24,000 bases of DNA, taken from the NCBI GenBank assembly GCA_045596385.1, contig JAZOCC010000013.1, positions 18,818 to 42,817 of the forward strand, written 5' to 3'. A program made the position numbers and the translations under genes. The notes under the pieces were generated by a model, which worked only from the letters and a program-made list of their open reading frames with translations, was not told the DNA's origin and made no database searches. The stretch is from Lachnospiraceae bacterium. GTDB lineage: Bacteria > Bacillota > Clostridia > Lachnospirales > Lachnospiraceae. This document shows positions 23,083 to 24,000 of this stretch, in pieces (the first letter of the stretch is position 1; every line of letters starts with the position of its first letter).

Positions 23083-23583
23083 TTACTTTTCCTCTATTAT
23101 ATCAAGCAAGTCCTCATAAAATTCTTTTTTTAAACGTGCATTTTCTAAATACACTAAAGAAATAACGAGCACAACAACTAATGGCCCAAACTTTCCCGTA
23201 CTATTTATTTCCAGATTTTTTTTCATGAAGAAATCATCTATAGAAAGTAATGCAATATAGAGCGGAATCAAAATAATCTTTACTGCCTCCAACTCTCCTT
23301 TTGCATATCTCCTTTTCTGTTCTAGCCAATGAACAAAATTTTCTTTTTCACAAGAATTCTGTACTGGGAAAACCTCTTTTATATGATTTTTCCACTCCAA
23401 ATAGGTATCACAAAACTTATACTTATTTTCTTTCTTATTTATTTTCCTTCTGAACCAACGACGAATATTCAATATCCATCCACGATTTGCCGTTTTTCGG
23501 TTTCCATAATCCTTCCCTACATAGTGATATGTTTTCAACTCATATTTTTCATTAATATTATACGCTTGAAACTCATTCTTCAT
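23083..23583 (-). CDS. Uncharacterised small membrane protein (basic N-terminal domain + two C-terminal TM helices)
   Basis: The track start 23598 is GTG; I prefer ATG 23583, preceded by AAGTGAGG. The TM segments are AVKIILIPLYIALLSI and FGPLVVVLVISLVYL. No family was recognised. It is the first gene after the island promoter. Confidence 0.6.
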   Translation of the reverse strand: MKNEFQAYNINEKYELKTYHYVGKDYGNRKTANRGWILNIRRWFRRKINKKENKYKFCDTYLEWKNHIKEVFPVQNSCEKENFVHWLEQKRRYAKGELEAVKIILIPLYIALLSIDDFFMKKNLEINSTGKFGPLVVVLVISLVYLENARLKKEFYEDLLDIIEEK

Positions 23584-23626
23584 ATAATTTTGCCTCACTT
23601 TCTAACTCTTTCACCTTATCTCTTTA

Positions 23627-23655
23627 ATTATACTTCTTTTTCTAACACATTTCAA
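23627..23655 (-). promoter_or_regulatory. Near-consensus sigma-A promoter of the island operon
   Basis: On the minus strand: TTGAAA (23655..23650), a 17-nt spacer, then TATAAT (23632..23627), about 45 nt upstream of ATG 23583. I found no comparably good promoter upstream of the 225-aa gene or hsdM. Confidence 0.55.
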
Positions 23656-23736
23656 CCATTTTCATCAAATATTAAAGCCGTTTCCACTTTCCTGCTGCAA
23701 AAAATAATTTAGAACACTTTTACCAATCTTTCTCTC

Positions 23737-24000
23737 CTACACATCCTTTGCCCAAAGCCAAAATATCAAACCGCCTATCATGATTGCCCCCAGCAACTCA
23801 TTGACTATCGTTCCCACAAGAATCGCAATGATATAAAACACCCAGAACATTCCTGCAGATTCCGGGTCTGGACTGCTCCTTCGGCCTCCGCGACTTCCGT
23901 AGTTCTGTTCATCACAATCGCATCCGTAACCGGTACAACTTCTTCCGTGCTCTCCGTCATGTGGAATCATATTTCTTCTGTCATGTCCATGCTCGCTCAT
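23737..24000 (-). CDS. Small hypothetical membrane protein with a His/Cys/Gly-rich N-terminus (possibly 5'-truncated by the window edge)
   Basis: The 87-aa ORF has its ATG on the last three bases of the window, so the true start may lie outside. The C-terminal half has two hydrophobic helices (MFWVFYIIAILVGTIV, LLGAIMIGGLIFWLW). GC is back to core-like levels. Confidence 0.45.
   Translation of the reverse strand: MSEHGHDRRNMIPHDGEHGRSCTGYGCDCDEQNYGSRGGRRSSPDPESAGMFWVFYIIAILVGTIVNELLGAIMIGGLIFWLWAKDV

Larger units (their letters stand above)
13520..23736. other. Low-GC genomic island (approximate bounds) carrying the type I R-M operon and accessory genes
   Basis: There is an abrupt, visible drop in GC and a switch to AT-rich codon usage relative to 1..13400 and 23737..24000. 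A 10-nt direct repeat AACACTTTTA occurs at 13597..13606 and 23713..23722. Confidence 0.5.

Noticed and set aside
23998-24000. Treating ATG at the last three bases of the window as the confirmed start of the 23737.. ORF
   Set aside because: The ORF is open at the window edge, so the true start and any SD cannot be seen. It is kept as a low-confidence, possibly partial CDS.

Overview
The window looks like a Firmicutes (Clostridia/Lachnospiraceae-like, inferred from gene content and SD usage) chromosomal segment, transcribed almost entirely from the minus strand. No rRNA, tRNA or CRISPR array was seen. The left ~13.4 kb is visibly GC-richer (about 50% by eye). It encodes an edge-truncated SGNH/GDSL hydrolase, a CDF metal-efflux transporter and a secreted CAP-domain protein. 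It also holds a MoxR(AAA+)-DUF58-transglutaminase membrane operon, an LMW protein-tyrosine phosphatase, an uncharacterised Cys-rich 316-aa protein and a cytoplasmic alpha/beta-hydrolase esterase. A plus-strand Rpn / PD-(D/E)XK 'putative transposase' gene sits at the transition. From ~13.5 to ~23.7 kb the GC content drops sharply (mid-30s % by eye). This ~10 kb island reads as one co-directional 8-gene minus-strand operon behind a near-consensus promoter. Its order is: 2-TM protein, Cys-rich/ParB-like/Tudor-like protein, hsdM, hsdS_B, tyrosine recombinase, hsdS_A, hsdR, SieB-like 2-TM protein. The most interesting signal is this type I R-M locus. It has the hsdS-recombinase-hsdS layout of phase-variable shufflons, but both hsdS genes are complete and co-directional. 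All shared exact repeats are direct, including a 14-nt core present four times, so recombination would give excision or deletion rather than inversion. Also notable are a 13-bp perfect inverted repeat that occludes the recombinase RBS and start codon, and three uncharacterised accessory genes inside the operon. All functional calls come from motif recognition by eye; no searches were run.
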